Source of the DNA: Zygnema circumcarinatum SAG 698-1b
Taxonomy: Eukaryota; Plantae; Zygnematophyceae
Assembly (NCBI GenBank): GCA_037447605.1
Contig: CM074804.1
Span: 2,976,001-3,040,000, forward strand
Length of the DNA stretch: 64,000 bases
Direction of reading: 5' to 3'
The position numbers were made by a program, and so were the translations under genes. The notes beneath the pieces are model-generated. The model was not told where the DNA came from. It ran no database searches and saw nothing but the letters and a program-made list of their open reading frames with translations. Shown piece after piece: positions 10,908 through 23,478 of the stretch (position 1 is its first letter; every line of letters starts with the position of its first letter).

Positions 10908-13122
10908 ATGCTGCGAGCAGGCCATGCTGCAGTATGTCTTGCAGCTGCAATCCGGCCTGCTAAAAGTTTAGGGTTTTTAAGATCCTCTGGAGTCTCTCTT
11001 CTTCATAGTCCCTTCATTCACGCTTCTCTCCTGTTCTCCAGAGAAAAACATGATCGTTTGCTGCTGGCGAGAAGTCTAGGAGAGAGCATAGACAGAGTCA
11101 GCTTCACTCGTCGTGGAGGAGGGGATGAGCTCATACGTGAATCTGATTTTGTCAGAAGGTCTTCGCTGAGTACAATGGCTGCAAGAGCATCCAAGAGCAT
11201 CTTGAAAGGCGTTGTGTTTGACATGGATGGCACTTTGACTGTGCCCTGCATCGATTTTGGAGAGATGAGACGCAGGATTGGTGCGAAGGAGAAAGATATT
11301 CTGCACGAGATTGAAGGATGGAGCAATGAGAAGCGCGCACAGGCTTACCGAATTATTACAGAAATTGAACTAGAAGCAAATGCGAGAATGCAGGTCATGC
11401 CAGGTGGCTACTATTGCATTCGTCGGCTTGTTTTTACTCAGTTCTGTTCTTCGGCTCAGTATGTGCTTGGAGAAAAATATGTCCATTCTAGTCCATTCTA
11501 ATTTCTAGTTTGAAGTATTTAACATCCCGTGCCATTGTTCGAAAGTTGCGCATTAAAACACAATGAATGAACAGTACAGAAGCTCATCATCTGCGAGACG
11601 TCATTAAAGAGTATCAAAAGCAGGGATTGAAACGGGCATGGTTATCACAGTGACGTAAAACATGTTACAGATGGATGTCTTGACCTCATACTTCCATTTT
11701 CACTGTCACTGTCAGTGCTATATTGCTTTTTTTGTTGTTCTTACTCTTGTCGTCGTTTCTCATTCGAGAACGGTGCTGCTCATGCTACTGCAGGAGCACT
11801 GGAGCTTTGTGCCATGCTTGATTCCCGCCAAATCAGGTGACTTGTCACGTCATGTTTGAAAGAACGCTAATTTAAAAAGGAGAAAGGAGAAGGTTCTTCT
11901 TGATTTGTATGACGAGGTTTTTGTGAAGCTATGAGTACATCCTCATCATTGAAGTAGGGAACTTTTCGTGTAGATGGACTGTTCAGCGCACCAATAAGGG
12001 CGTCAGCGGATTCCCGATATTGAATAATGTAATGTGGGGGTTAGCTCTGAAAACTTGGCCCTGATTTAGAAACACCCGGTTTTTCCATGGCAGGCGCGGT
12101 CTTATCACACGGAATGTGAAGACCTCAGTGGACCATTTCCACTCACACTTTAGTGTAAGGATAGCAACATCTGTCCAGTTCATGCTGACGGAACAACTTT
12201 CAGAATAGTTCTGTTGATAAAGTATTTAAGGATATGTACCAAGTGACAGTAGTCGTGTTGCAAGGGCTTGAAGCTGAGATGCCAGAGTAGGCTTGACAGA
12301 CATTGTTTGGCAGATAGTGTATTCTCGTTGGATCAGAATGCGTTTGGTCTCCTATGCGGTCGGAGAACTGAGCTGTTCGAAGTCTTCATGTATGACATTT
12401 GCAGATTCCAAGATTTGACCCTGCATTGAGTCGGGAGTTTCGGCCATACAAGCCCGACCCGGGCCCTTTGCTGCATATCTGCGAACAATGGCAGGTTGCG
12501 GCGCATGAGGTCATCATGATAGGAGACAGCGCAAAAGATGACGTAAGCGCTCCCTACGAACGTGGTGACTTTATCGAAGCTTGGGGGCTGTTCATTGGTC
12601 CATAATTGAGTAATAAACGACATTTGAGCTTCTCAAAAAAGTAATTCTCTGATGGGCAGCTCATAATTGATGAGGCACTCTCTTTAGAAAGGTGTGGATT
12701 CATGGTTTTTAACGTATTGTATTTCAAGAATTACTTCCGTTCCACATTACGAAAGAATTGAACCCCATACCGTTAGTGTTATAGTCTCAGTTCCTGCATG
12801 GTTAGTTACTTTGGGCTCATCAGTTGTGGTAGGCTACTGTTCAAAAAACCGCATTCTCTTCATTCTGTGTTTTCAGAATCACTTTTCATTGTTTTTGTTT
12901 CTCTGCAGTATTGCACCTCTGATCTTTCCGTTGATCCATGCTTTGATTTCGTGGTTTTCGAGTCTGCAGATAGTTTGCGGCAATCGAGCCGGAGCAGTGA
13001 CTGTTTTGTTGGATGAAGACGGACGCTATCAGGTCGAAGACTTGTTGAAGGAGGAGAAGCCGACATTCAAAATAAGAAAACTTTCAGAATTAGCAACCAT
13101 TCTTACAAATAATTTTGAATAG
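10908..13122 (+). CDS. HAD-superfamily hydrolase (At2g33255-like), probable organellar transit peptide (~296 aa)
   Basis: Exons 10908-11403, 11794-11836, 12094-12154, 12405-12542, 12970-13122. HAD motif I GVVFDMDGTLT, motif II GLITRN, motif III KPDP, motif IV IGDSAKDD. Ser/Arg/Ala-rich N-terminus. Confidence 0.9.
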
Positions 13123-14362
13123 CAACCTGCGATCAAGTGACATATCCATATTGAACCTCTCATTTCTAAGCAGACGGAACTCTGCCCTTTCATTGTTGAG
13201 CCAGGGCGTAGGCTCCTTTCTCCCTCTATATCCTTTTTATCTCTCTATTTCTCTCTCCTTTCTTTCTTTATGGACCCCTACCACCCTGGAAAAGCAAGTA
13301 CGGCTGTTTCGTAGGATTGGGTGTTCGGTGGTTCTGAAATTTACGTTTCCCTTCATGGCAGTCCACAAATAGAGCAGATGAAGCTGAAACACCCTAACTG
13401 GATACTGTTGGTACCGAGGATTCTCTTTCTATCAAAAAAAAGCTTTAGGGCGTTTCTAGGACCTGTTTCAGTGGAGACGCTCATTTAGTGGCCGGCCTCT
13501 CTAAACTAATAATCATATAGAGGGGTTCTATTTTTTGGAACGATTCAGACCACACTGCATTCCAAAACAAGGTCTTCCAGGACACCCCCGATAATGTCAT
13601 TGCTTGATATTTGGACAACCTTGATAATGTTGGAAAGATCCAAGGTTTGGGGCGACAAAATTCGCAACAATTGAAAACTCGAAGGGATGTTTTGCTCACA
13701 TTGGCTTGCCAATGCTCGGTGTGAGTGACAGGGTGGCAGCGCTCCATAAAGTTGGCATCATATCGACTAAAACAAACAAAAAAGCAAAAGCAACCAATCA
13801 CGACACGTCATGTTTCAGCCTTAAAGCTAAGAGACATTGACACGATGACCATCCTTCCCTACTCTCATGCGCCGACTACTTATCCTGCACTTTACGATGG
13901 AATGTACGGAAACTGGAGCCCAAAAAGGGCCCAACTCTGAGCAGGACTGCAGTTCAGCACGCTCTTCAGGAGCGCAACGCGCAATGTGAATGCGTAAACA
14001 CACATTGTTCCTCGTCTCCTACCTTGATTTCATCAACAATGTAAAGATCATAATACCTTTTTGGCTGTAATCATTGTGCATGCCATCGCTCACAACGCTT
14101 ACACGTGCGAACACACATGAACTGATACAAACACACCCACGTGCAATACTGACCCGTGTACAACACCACTTCATGGATGCGCGTTGGCATGCGGTGGCCA
14201 TGCGGTGGCCATGTGGTCGCGGCCATGCGGTGGTCGACAAAGGCAGGCAACCCAGAATGCATCCCAGAAAGCTCGCGTTGCTATGGCACAATCCCGTTCG
14301 CAGTTCCGCGGGTCCCCACCCGCTGGCCGCCCAAACTGGCAGCTGTCTTCCATGGCCGGCAG

Positions 14363-14517
14363 TTGACCAACCGGTCGGCGGCCGTTGACCGACCGGCCGG
14401 CCGTCGTTGACCGGCAGTCAAGCGCCGGCCCGCGTCCGCCGCTTCTCAGAACCGCCAAGACCGTGCCGACTGCTGCGGCCTTCGCCGAAGATTCCGCGCC
14501 GCCATTTTGCAGGTCAA
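14363..14517 (+). promoter_or_regulatory. Cluster of five W-box (TTGACY) motifs upstream of S41 peptidase A
   Basis: TTGACC at 14363, 14385 and 14407. Reverse-strand AGTCAA at 14416 and GGTCAA at 14512. About 340-490 bp upstream of the ATG. Function inferred only. Confidence 0.4.
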
Positions 14518-14853
14518 CAAATTACGGCCAACCGCGTCCCGTCAAGTCTACGTGGCGCGATCTGCGCCGTCCGTAGCCGCTGCGGGCGATGCCATCCGCC
14601 AATCGCCGCGCAGGGACCACCCACACGTGCAAGCATGTCTGTCGCTTTGTGTGACGTGGCTCAAAACCTTCCAAGGAACAATATCCAGACAAGATTCGGA
14701 GCTGTTAAGGTCCGCCGCCTCCCTACCTCCCTCCAGTCCTCCCTCCCCCCCTCCATAGCGCTCGTGGGCGCCCTCCCGCAAGTGTCCCCCTCTCCCTCTG
14801 TCAATCTCTCTCTCTCGCGCGCTCCCTCCCTCCCTTCCTCCGCCCTCGCAGAG

Positions 14854-17800
14854 ATGACGGCCATGGCGGCCGCTCTGCTCCTCCTGCTCGCTCTTTCCGC
14901 ACACGTGGCAGCCGCGGCGAGTCCCTGCGCCGCGCTCAGCTCAACGCTGAGCGGCCAATCGCTGCCCACCGCCAAGGAGACCCGCGCGTGCCTCGCCACC
15001 ATTCCGTACAACAAGGCGCGCTCGGACGCCATCGTCGACACTGTGGCGAAGACCTTCGCGCTGTGGCCGTACCTCGAGATCGCCGTAAAGTCACCCACGC
15101 CGGAGCTGCCCTCCAAAGTTGACATTATCGCGGGGCTGAAGAAGATCAAGGCGACCAAATACGAGAGCGACTACGCGTTCAACAAGGCGGTGCGCGACCT
15201 CACCCAGAAGCCCCACGACGGGCACACGCAGTACTTCCCGGCCTGCTACGGCCTGCTCGTCGGGCTGCACGCCCTGCCGCTGGTGGCGTACACGGAGAAC
15301 AACAAGACCGTTGTGAAGGTGGCTGATGTTACAGGTACGAGACTCAAATTTTTGCTGCAATTTCTTGTATAATTCTAGAAGAACAGGTTCAATGTGTGAC
15401 TGCTAGGTCCAATATGCGCTAGATGCAACAGGTGACTGCTGGATTCAATTTGTGACTTTTCCCAGCGATCTCCATTCTCCTGTGCAGGGGGTGGTCTGTT
15501 TGGGTTTGTGGGCGATGAGACGCTCAGAATCGCGGGAGTCGATCGGAACTTGTACTTGGGAGCGGCCGTGTCCGCCATCAACAACGTCTCCGCCTTGGAT
15601 TACCTTTCGAATTTGGGAAAGAAGATTGGAATCTACAGAGACAACGGAGCCAACTTCAATGCTCTTTTTGTGCGTCCGAGCAGCTCTGGCGCTTACATTG
15701 GAGATTTCGCGTTGCGGTACGGCGGCGTGGAGGAGGACTCCGTCACGTTCACGCTCACACGGTGCGTTTTTTTGCGGTGTTCGCTTGTGACCGTTGAAGC
15801 AGGCGTTTAGGCTTGCGCTGTTATCCAGCTCTGTTTTTCGTGTTGGAGAAATGATGTCATTCGTTGGTAACATGTGAGGGAACGCCTGCACTCGCATGAC
15901 AGGGTAGGAAAATCAAAGAAGGAGACGGTTACAGTTCCGTGGTTGATTTACAGCCTCTTAGCATCTCGTTCATTCACAACGGGGGCTCAATTCTTTGAAT
16001 ATTTTTGTCAAGCCGGAACAACTCGCAAAGCAAGCATGAAAAAGGCGGCATTTCTTAAGAGGGAGCTCCCTGTCAAGCCTTTGCTCATTGAGGGAGTGAG
16101 TTTGGAGAACACTCGTGTTGCCAAGGCTGCCGGGAAACCCACTCAATTGGTTTATGGGGATGTAGAGGTGAGCGAACTGTCCATCTGTCTCATGAAAGCA
16201 AATGTTTGATCAAAGGAGTTAGAGTTCTCAAGAGCTCTTACTCACCAAGTTACAAGATCTAGAGCTAGGAATACACACCCGACCTTGTTTGCTGGGAAGT
16301 GAGAAATGTTCGGTTAATCGTAGAATCGATTTCAATTAGGGCTGAACAAGCTCCAATCTAAATTCTTTTGCAAAAAACGGAAAACATGACCTTTCGTGTA
16401 GATTTTCCTCCTTTCGCATTCACAAGAGGAGCATGTATAGTTCAAGGAATTGAAGGGCATGAATTGGACGGATCAGCACAGGACGATGTAATGTCTGTGG
16501 GTCTGTAATGGGTCTGTGTGTGGGTCTGTCTGTCTGTCTGTAATAACCATCGTCTGTGGTTTGGGCTTCACTTCCAGACTTGGCTCCTGGCGGATGGGAA
16601 AACTGGAGTCTTCCTTGTCCCGAGCTTTGACGCAGAGCCATCTTCTTGGACTGCCGCACTCGGAGACGGCGTTCTTGCCTTAAAGTACGAGCGTCTATCC
16701 TCTCCCTGTGGCAAACATGCAAACAATGATATCACCAGGAGAGTACAGGGAAATGCATGCCCCTGGGAGGGAAGACCAAGGAGGCCAATAGCATCTCGTT
16801 TCTTCTTGAAAGTCGACTTACCATACTGATTATGTTTGCGTCGAATTGCAATTCTTTTTACAAATGCTTATTCTTGCAGCATGCGACAAGTGTTCTTTTC
16901 CATTGGGACGTTATGCAACTCACCAGTTGCCTGCTCTCGATCAATATGCCTTGAATTTTCTTTCTCATTCAACTCCGTTCATCTCGAGTCTTCGAATCAT
17001 TGCCTCTCTCAAAATTTTGAAAGTCTTTCTTCTTAGCAGGCCCACTTTCTTGTCTTAACATATTGATGGTGGTGCACTGCCATCAAAGGACTGCATCTTT
17101 CTCGTCCCATGTAAAGAGCATCTTCGCCCATTGAGGTCCGATTCACCAAAACATCCAAAAGCGTGGTTTCTGTGATGCAGGAAATTAGGTATCAAGCGCG
17201 TCATAATTGATTTCCAGGACAACGGCGGCGGTTATAATATTCTTGAAGACAGATTCGTGGAGACATTCTTCCCGTCTCTTAAGAATGAAGTCTATGACAC
17301 CCGGCTCCGAGCTCCCAGCCTCGCCCAGGAACTTGTGAAGCTTGTAGACAAGAGTAAAAACACAGGTTCTCTCTATTATTGGAGTAACTATTCGAACTCA
17401 ACAAATAAGCCGTTCACATCAATTTCTGGCTTTTTCTTCCCAGTCGTCACAACAACGTTTAACCGCCGCGAAGGAAACTACTCAAGTCTTGTTCGACTCT
17501 ATGAGCCCTATTCTTTTGGACCACTTCCTAGCAAAACAGCACCATTCAAAGCAAATAACATCCTTATTCTCACCAATGGTGCATGCTTCTCGGCTTGTGG
17601 AGATACGGCATCTAGACTGGAGGTATGTTTTTCATTCCACTGCCTTCCCATGAACTTGCGAGTGTTGCCGGACACGCATGTGCAGTGCATCGCCTGTAGC
17701 ATTCAGATGGTAGAATGGCTCACTCCGTCTCCTAACCTTCGAGTGCTGCTTCCAATGGGAGGATAATGGCGCGTGCTTGAAGTAAATATCGCACCAAGTC

Positions 17801-18324
17801 TTGAGGATATCCCATTGCTATCTCTTTGTTCCTTTTCTCCGTACGTAGTCCATCGAGTGTGTAGAATCTTAATTACGTGAATATAGGTGAACAGTTGTTA
17901 GGCTGCACGAGTGATAGCGAGGAAACTCAATGCATGCTCGCATGCGCGGACATATCTACGCCCATAAATCATGGATCTTTGCATGTATGTGCAGGAGCTG
18001 GCTAATGTGCGAACTATCGCTATTGGGGGCTTCCAAGGAAAAGCAATGGCCCATGGCGACGGGGTTGTTGGTAATGCCTATTCCTTGTCGAGCCTTCTCC
18101 AATATGATATACCTACCGCCAGTTCTCAAAAGCCGAAGGGTGCACCAGCGCCGCTCCCAATAAACGGGGATCTTTATTTCCCTATCTTATCGGCATATAT
18201 GAAAAAGAACTCCTCTGTACCTGGAGACTACGTATTCCGACCGGCAAAGTATCGACTCCAGTTTTCCGCTTCAACTGTTCTTGATAAGGTAGCGCAGTGG
18301 GAGGCAGCTGCCAAATTTTTTTGA
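14854..18324 (+). CDS. Secreted S41 (tail-specific, fungal/CPAF-type) serine peptidase, copy A (~632 aa)
   Basis: Exons 14854-15334, 15488-15761, 15903-16167, 16578-16684, 17181-17622, 17995-18324 splice in phase. Signal peptide MTAMAAALLLLLALSAHVAAA. Motifs C..IPYN, HDGH, IIDFQDNGGG, ILILTNGACFSACG, VRTIAIGG, RPAKYRLQF...W. Confidence 0.85.
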
Positions 18325-19997
18325 TGACATAAGAAGCACGTCTTCGGCCTTGATTTTTCTTTCAGCAAGGGTTATGACGCGAAGGGCCGTAAACGGGATG
18401 AAGGCGAGGCTTACTTTCTCGCCCTCCGGCTGTTTTGTGTAGCGTACATTATGTTTCATATTATGATGTTGACCCTGGCATTTGAATGGGAAAGATTTAT
18501 CTTTAAGTTCGTTGTCTCTGGTCTTGTTTGTTCTAATTATCTCTTAAATGGCTTACCATCTGTTATAACAGAGGTATTGCGTGTGACATGTCAGCAGCTT
18601 AAACTGGAGTACTTGAAAAAGGTTCGGAATTTCGTTTGGAGCATGTCACAACCTTAACCACAATCAACATTCGCAAAATGTGACTCTTTGGCTCCGCCTC
18701 GAACCCGCGACCGCACAAAGGAAAAAGCGAAGGCCCAAACGGCGCCGCGTCGTGTAGGCGTCACGGCACGGCCCGCTTCGCGACAGCTCGAATTGAGGGC
18801 CGCGCTCCACTTGCAGTTCGCTTTATTTTTTTTTAATTTCAACATTCGCCAACGATGGCTCGCCACGTGGGTGTAAAATAGCCAAAAGTGGGGACGTGGC
18901 CTGCAACATTGGATCATTTCTAAAAAATAAAAATAAAATTAAAAATGAACGCGCATTTTTCAAGAAACCTGTCCGAAGCTTAGAAGTTGAGTTGCAAACT
19001 TGCCCCCTGCCGTGGCCTCCCGTGCCCGCTCCCAGCTCCCGTCTCTCTCCTCCCTCCCCCTTCGCCCCTTCACCGACTTGACACGTCGAGCGCTGGTCAC
19101 CTGAATCGCCATATCTGAGTTATGTATAACCGTGTTCACTCAGTTTCAAAAAATCCTTGTTATTTTAATCCGTGCTCTAAGCTTGTTGACCCAAATTGTA
19201 CCCAGCGACCAGGAGCAGCACAAAGTAGGAAGTCACCCCGAGGCATGCGTAGTGGAAATCACGACACCTAAACGCTTTGCACTTTTGGTCGGTTGTGATG
19301 CTCTTGGAGGTTCCTTGTCGGCAAGCTTCTCGCTCAATTGAGTCTTTGGATGAGTAAACTACATGTTGTGATTGCCAAATGCAAAAGTGTTCTGATTGAT
19401 TGGTAAAAAAAATCCAATCTTTAAGAGTTGAAGAGTTTGCACCAATTTCTAAAGCCGTGTTGTTACACCAAGTAGAGTTCATATGCGTATGATCACATCG
19501 CTATTGTGAGTGCAAATGCAATTTCATGCCACTTTTTTAATCAAAAAAATGCTGCTTTAGGGCTTGCATGGTATTTAAGGTTAAATCACTTCAACTAATC
19601 TCAGATTCTCCCATAAATAATCTATTTACGATATTTATGGGATATTCCCTATTTGAGGAGGCCTGTCCACGTCATGCGTGTCACGATGACGTAAGCTTTT
19701 CGAAGACGACAGCGATCTAGCGTCGTTTGGCGGCTCCGAAGGAACGAAAATCCAAACTGCCAACTGCCAACTGTCCAAAGACCCGAACTGCCAATGAGGA
19801 GCTGCCACGGAGGAATCTCGATGACGTCAGCCCGCCGGAAACACAAGGAGTGGAGAGGATGGTCCTGGTCCCGTCGCCGCCTCTGCGCGGTCCCTCACTC
19901 CCTCCCTCCCTCCGCGGCGCGCCTCCCTCTCGCCCTCCCGCCCTCTCCTCCTCCCTCCCTCTCAGCGTCAGCCCTCTGACCCGTGCGTGTGGCGGCC

Positions 19998-22900
19998 ATG
20001 GCGGCTGTGCTGGCCTCCATGCTCGCCCTCCTCTACCTCTCGGTCCACGTGGCAGCCGCAGCGAGTCCCTGCGTCATAGTGAGCGACAAGCTGAGCGGAG
20101 GCCGCCTCCCTAGCGCCAAGGAGACGTACGCGTGCTTCAGGACCATTCCGTACAACAGGACGCGCGCGGACGCCATCGTCGACACTGTGGCGAAGACCTT
20201 CGCGCTGTGGCCGTACCTCGACATCGCCGTAAAGTCACCCACGCCGGAGCTGCCCTCCAAAGTTGACATTATCGCGGGGCTGAAGAAGATCAAGGCGACC
20301 AAGTACGAGAGCGACTACGCGTTTAACAGGGCGGTCTATGAGCTCATCGCGAGGGCCCATGACGGGCACGCGGGTTACTTGCCGGACTGCTATTCCCAAA
20401 TCACCATCATGGGGTTCCCCGTATTCCTGTACAACGAGAAGAGCAAGCCCATCGTGAGGGTGTCTAGTTTGGGTGAGTTGCTTTTTACTCAGTCCTTTCT
20501 CATTTCTTCGGTTTCTTGGTGTGTTGCATTGGAGGTAAGAGAAGTAGTGCCCACGACCACGTTTGTTTTGTGCAGTTGGGAGCTTGCTCTCAAAGGTGGG
20601 AAACGAGACGCTGGACGCCACGGGAATCGACCGAAATTTGTATTCTGAAGCGGTCGTATCTGCAGTCGATGGAGTCCCCATCATGGATTTCCTCACAAAT
20701 CTCGCTAAGTCGACGGGATACTACAAGGAACTCGGAGCCAGCTTTAATTCACTTTTTTCAAGGCCCTACAAGTATTCGAATACTTACTTCATTGGAGGGT
20801 TCGCCTATCGCTATTTCGATTTTCAAAAGCCTACCATTTCACTCACGCTCACAAGGTACCGCCACTTTTGCAAAGTGCGCACTGACTAGTTCGTCACATG
20901 CATCACAGCATTCCTCATTCGAAGTGCTTGTTTTTGCCTATTGCTGCAAGTTGCCTTGAGCGTCCGAACTGTCACATCGTATAAAGTCTTCATTAGTGGG
21001 AGTCATGAGTGTTCATGAACTATTTCCGAGGTAATAGAAAGAAACGTGTATGTTTTGGGTTTTCAATGGATTCTGTGACTCCCACCTTCTAGTTCAAGGT
21101 CGAGCCTGGAACTGTTTTAGAGATTGCATCCCCCTCGATCTGTAGGAGGGTCGGTTCTGCCCTACTGTGCGCAGGAAGCAGAAAATCGATTCCTATCGGA
21201 CTCCTTCTGCTCCTTCAGGGGTACTCAATAGGACCCCCTCAGGTTCACATCAAATCTTTACAAAAGCCCCGTTACGTGCATGCCAGGGCCCTCTAAGAGG
21301 AAGCTCAATTCCTCCTAACAGCTGTAGTCCACGAATGTGCTTGTCGTTCCTCGAACTTGTCTTGTTCATTACTTCGTGTCATATATGAATGGCAGTGTCT
21401 CATGGGCTTTTGCTTGTAAGCCTGTCTGTTGTAAGTCGTTCGCTCCTCGAAAGGTGAAGGGCTGACCCCTGCACACAGGAGCGAGTTGCGGGGGCCCTTC
21501 ACAGCTCGCCGGACATGCCTTAACGTTTCTGTTCACACGAGGGCACTGTATGTACCTACTCCCTGTGCCGTAAATGACTATGTTTTGTGCTCGTGCATGA
21601 CAGAGAAGGACAGACAGAGAGCGAGACAATCACAGTTCCGTTCTTCACCAGATTTGGTTCGTACAGTTCCCCATTCTCAACCGGAGAGGAGTATTTTGAG
21701 CAGTATTGCAAAGCAGACACGTTGACACTCACCAAAAGTAAGGGCAACAAGGCGGCTTTTCTTCCACAAATGGTGGAGCCTATCGAGGCAACTTTTTCAC
21801 CTATTTCAGAAAGACGTGTTGCTAAGTTGAGTGGGACACCCACACAGTTAGTGAGCGACCTCATCGATGTAAGTACACAATTACCCGGTGAGCAGACCTA
21901 GTGAAGTCAAGCATTTTTCTTAAAACAATTTTCATGGAATCCTTTCAAGGAGATGGGAAGTGTTTCGGACACTGCACTTCTAAGCAACAGTTTGATAGAA
22001 AGTCATAGCTTCAAAGTTGCAAATGGCCTCCTCCCGATGGGTGTGGAGGCGAGGGGAGGGAAGACATGGAGGGCGGGAAGGGAGGGAGACAAAATGTGAC
22101 CCGTGGCTTGTTTGGGCTTTCGACTCCAGACATGGCTTCTGCCCGACAACAAGACTGGAGTCATGATTGTGCCTGACTTCGACGTCTCTCCCAACATTGA
22201 GTGGATGGCCGCTGCACGAGCGGGTGTGGACGCTTTGAAGTGAGGCCCTTGCTCTTCACTTAATCGAATGTTAGTTCATGTGCATTGATTTTCGTTGATC
22301 CCAGCTGTGCTACACTTCTGACTCTATGGGTTTCAATTGCTCTTGTTCCTTTGTTGTTTTAGAATGCAAAGCCTGCTAGTGTAGGCATCAGTTCTGCCGG
22401 AAGGTGATAACGTCGCAGGCTTGATCTATAAGTTTCCTAAGCAGATCTTCGGCATTATAAATTTCTTGTAATTGCTTGAATGTCTTCACTTGTTTCAGGA
22501 AACTGGGAATCAAGCGGATCATAATTGACCTTCAAGACTGCCCGGGTGGTGACGCTGTTTTGAACGACCAGCTCGTGTATCTCTTCTTTCCGTTTACTCG
22601 GGACAACACTTATGATGCTGAATTTCGGGCAAGCCCCCTTGCTCAGGAGCTTGTAAACGTTGTAGATAAGAAAAACCTGACTACATCATTCTTCCATTGG
22701 TCGAACTTTCGAAGTACTAAAAATAAGTTATTCACATCCAAATCTGGTTTCTTCTTCCCGGTCGTCACCAAAACTTTCAGCGGTCGGAAGGGACCGTATT
22801 CAAGCCTTGTGAGATATCCCAACATAAAATTTCCGGGTACACCATCTCGAACAGCTCCTCCCCCTTTCAAAGCAAAGGACATCCTTATCCTCACTAATGG

Positions 22901-23478
22901 TGCCTGCTACTCGGCTTGTGGAGACTTCACGTACCGATTGGAGGTATGACATCATGCCTCCTATCCACGGTCTACATGCATGTACGGTCCATATCTTCAG
23001 CACGTCTGTGAAAGCAAGTCTTTGCATGTTTGGAAGAGAAGCATCCATGCATCATGCATTCACGCATGCATGCGTGTGCATATACTCCCATCCTCAACCT
23101 CCGCTCTCTGCCCCTCCCTGTTGCGCTGTCCTTTTCGTGCAGGAGCTGGCCAAAGTCCGGACGGTGGCTCTGGGAGGCTTTGCGGGGAGGGCCATGGCCT
23201 ATGGCGGCGGCGTGGTGGGCGAGTCGAGCGCGCTGTCGTACTTCCTCGCGGAGGACCTTCCGCCGCGCGGCGGCAGCGCGGCCCTGCGGCGGCTCGCGCC
23301 GAGGCCGCTGCCCGTCCGCGGGGACGTGTACTTCACCAGCCTGCAGGCGTATACCAAGTCCAACACGTCCGTCCCGGCGGAGTTCGTGTTCCGGCCGGCG
23401 AAGTACCGCCTCCAGTTCACCGCCGCGACCGTTCTGGACAAGGCGGCGCAGTGGGAGGCCGTCACGAAGCTCTTTTAG
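19998..23478 (+). CDS. Secreted S41 (fungal/CPAF-type) serine peptidase, copy B (~636 aa)
   Basis: Exons 19998-20472, 20576-20855, 21604-21868, 22130-22239, 22499-22943, 23143-23478, with the same intron positions and phases as copy A. Signal peptide present. Motifs HDGHAGY, IIDLQDCPGG, TNGACYSACG. Confidence 0.85.

Noticed and set aside
14407-14853. 170-codon in-frame extension upstream of the S41-A start
   Set aside because: GC-rich promoter/5'UTR sequence. The signal peptide begins at ATG 14854/14863, and copy B lacks the extension.
18680-18715. tRNA/SINE-like B-box (GGTCGCGGGTTCGAG on the minus strand)
   Set aside because: No complementary T-stem, A-box or cloverleaf could be built.
18650-19480. 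Promoter-like GC/CT-rich segment and short ORFs between the S41 genes
   Set aside because: No recognisable product and no consistent exon chain.
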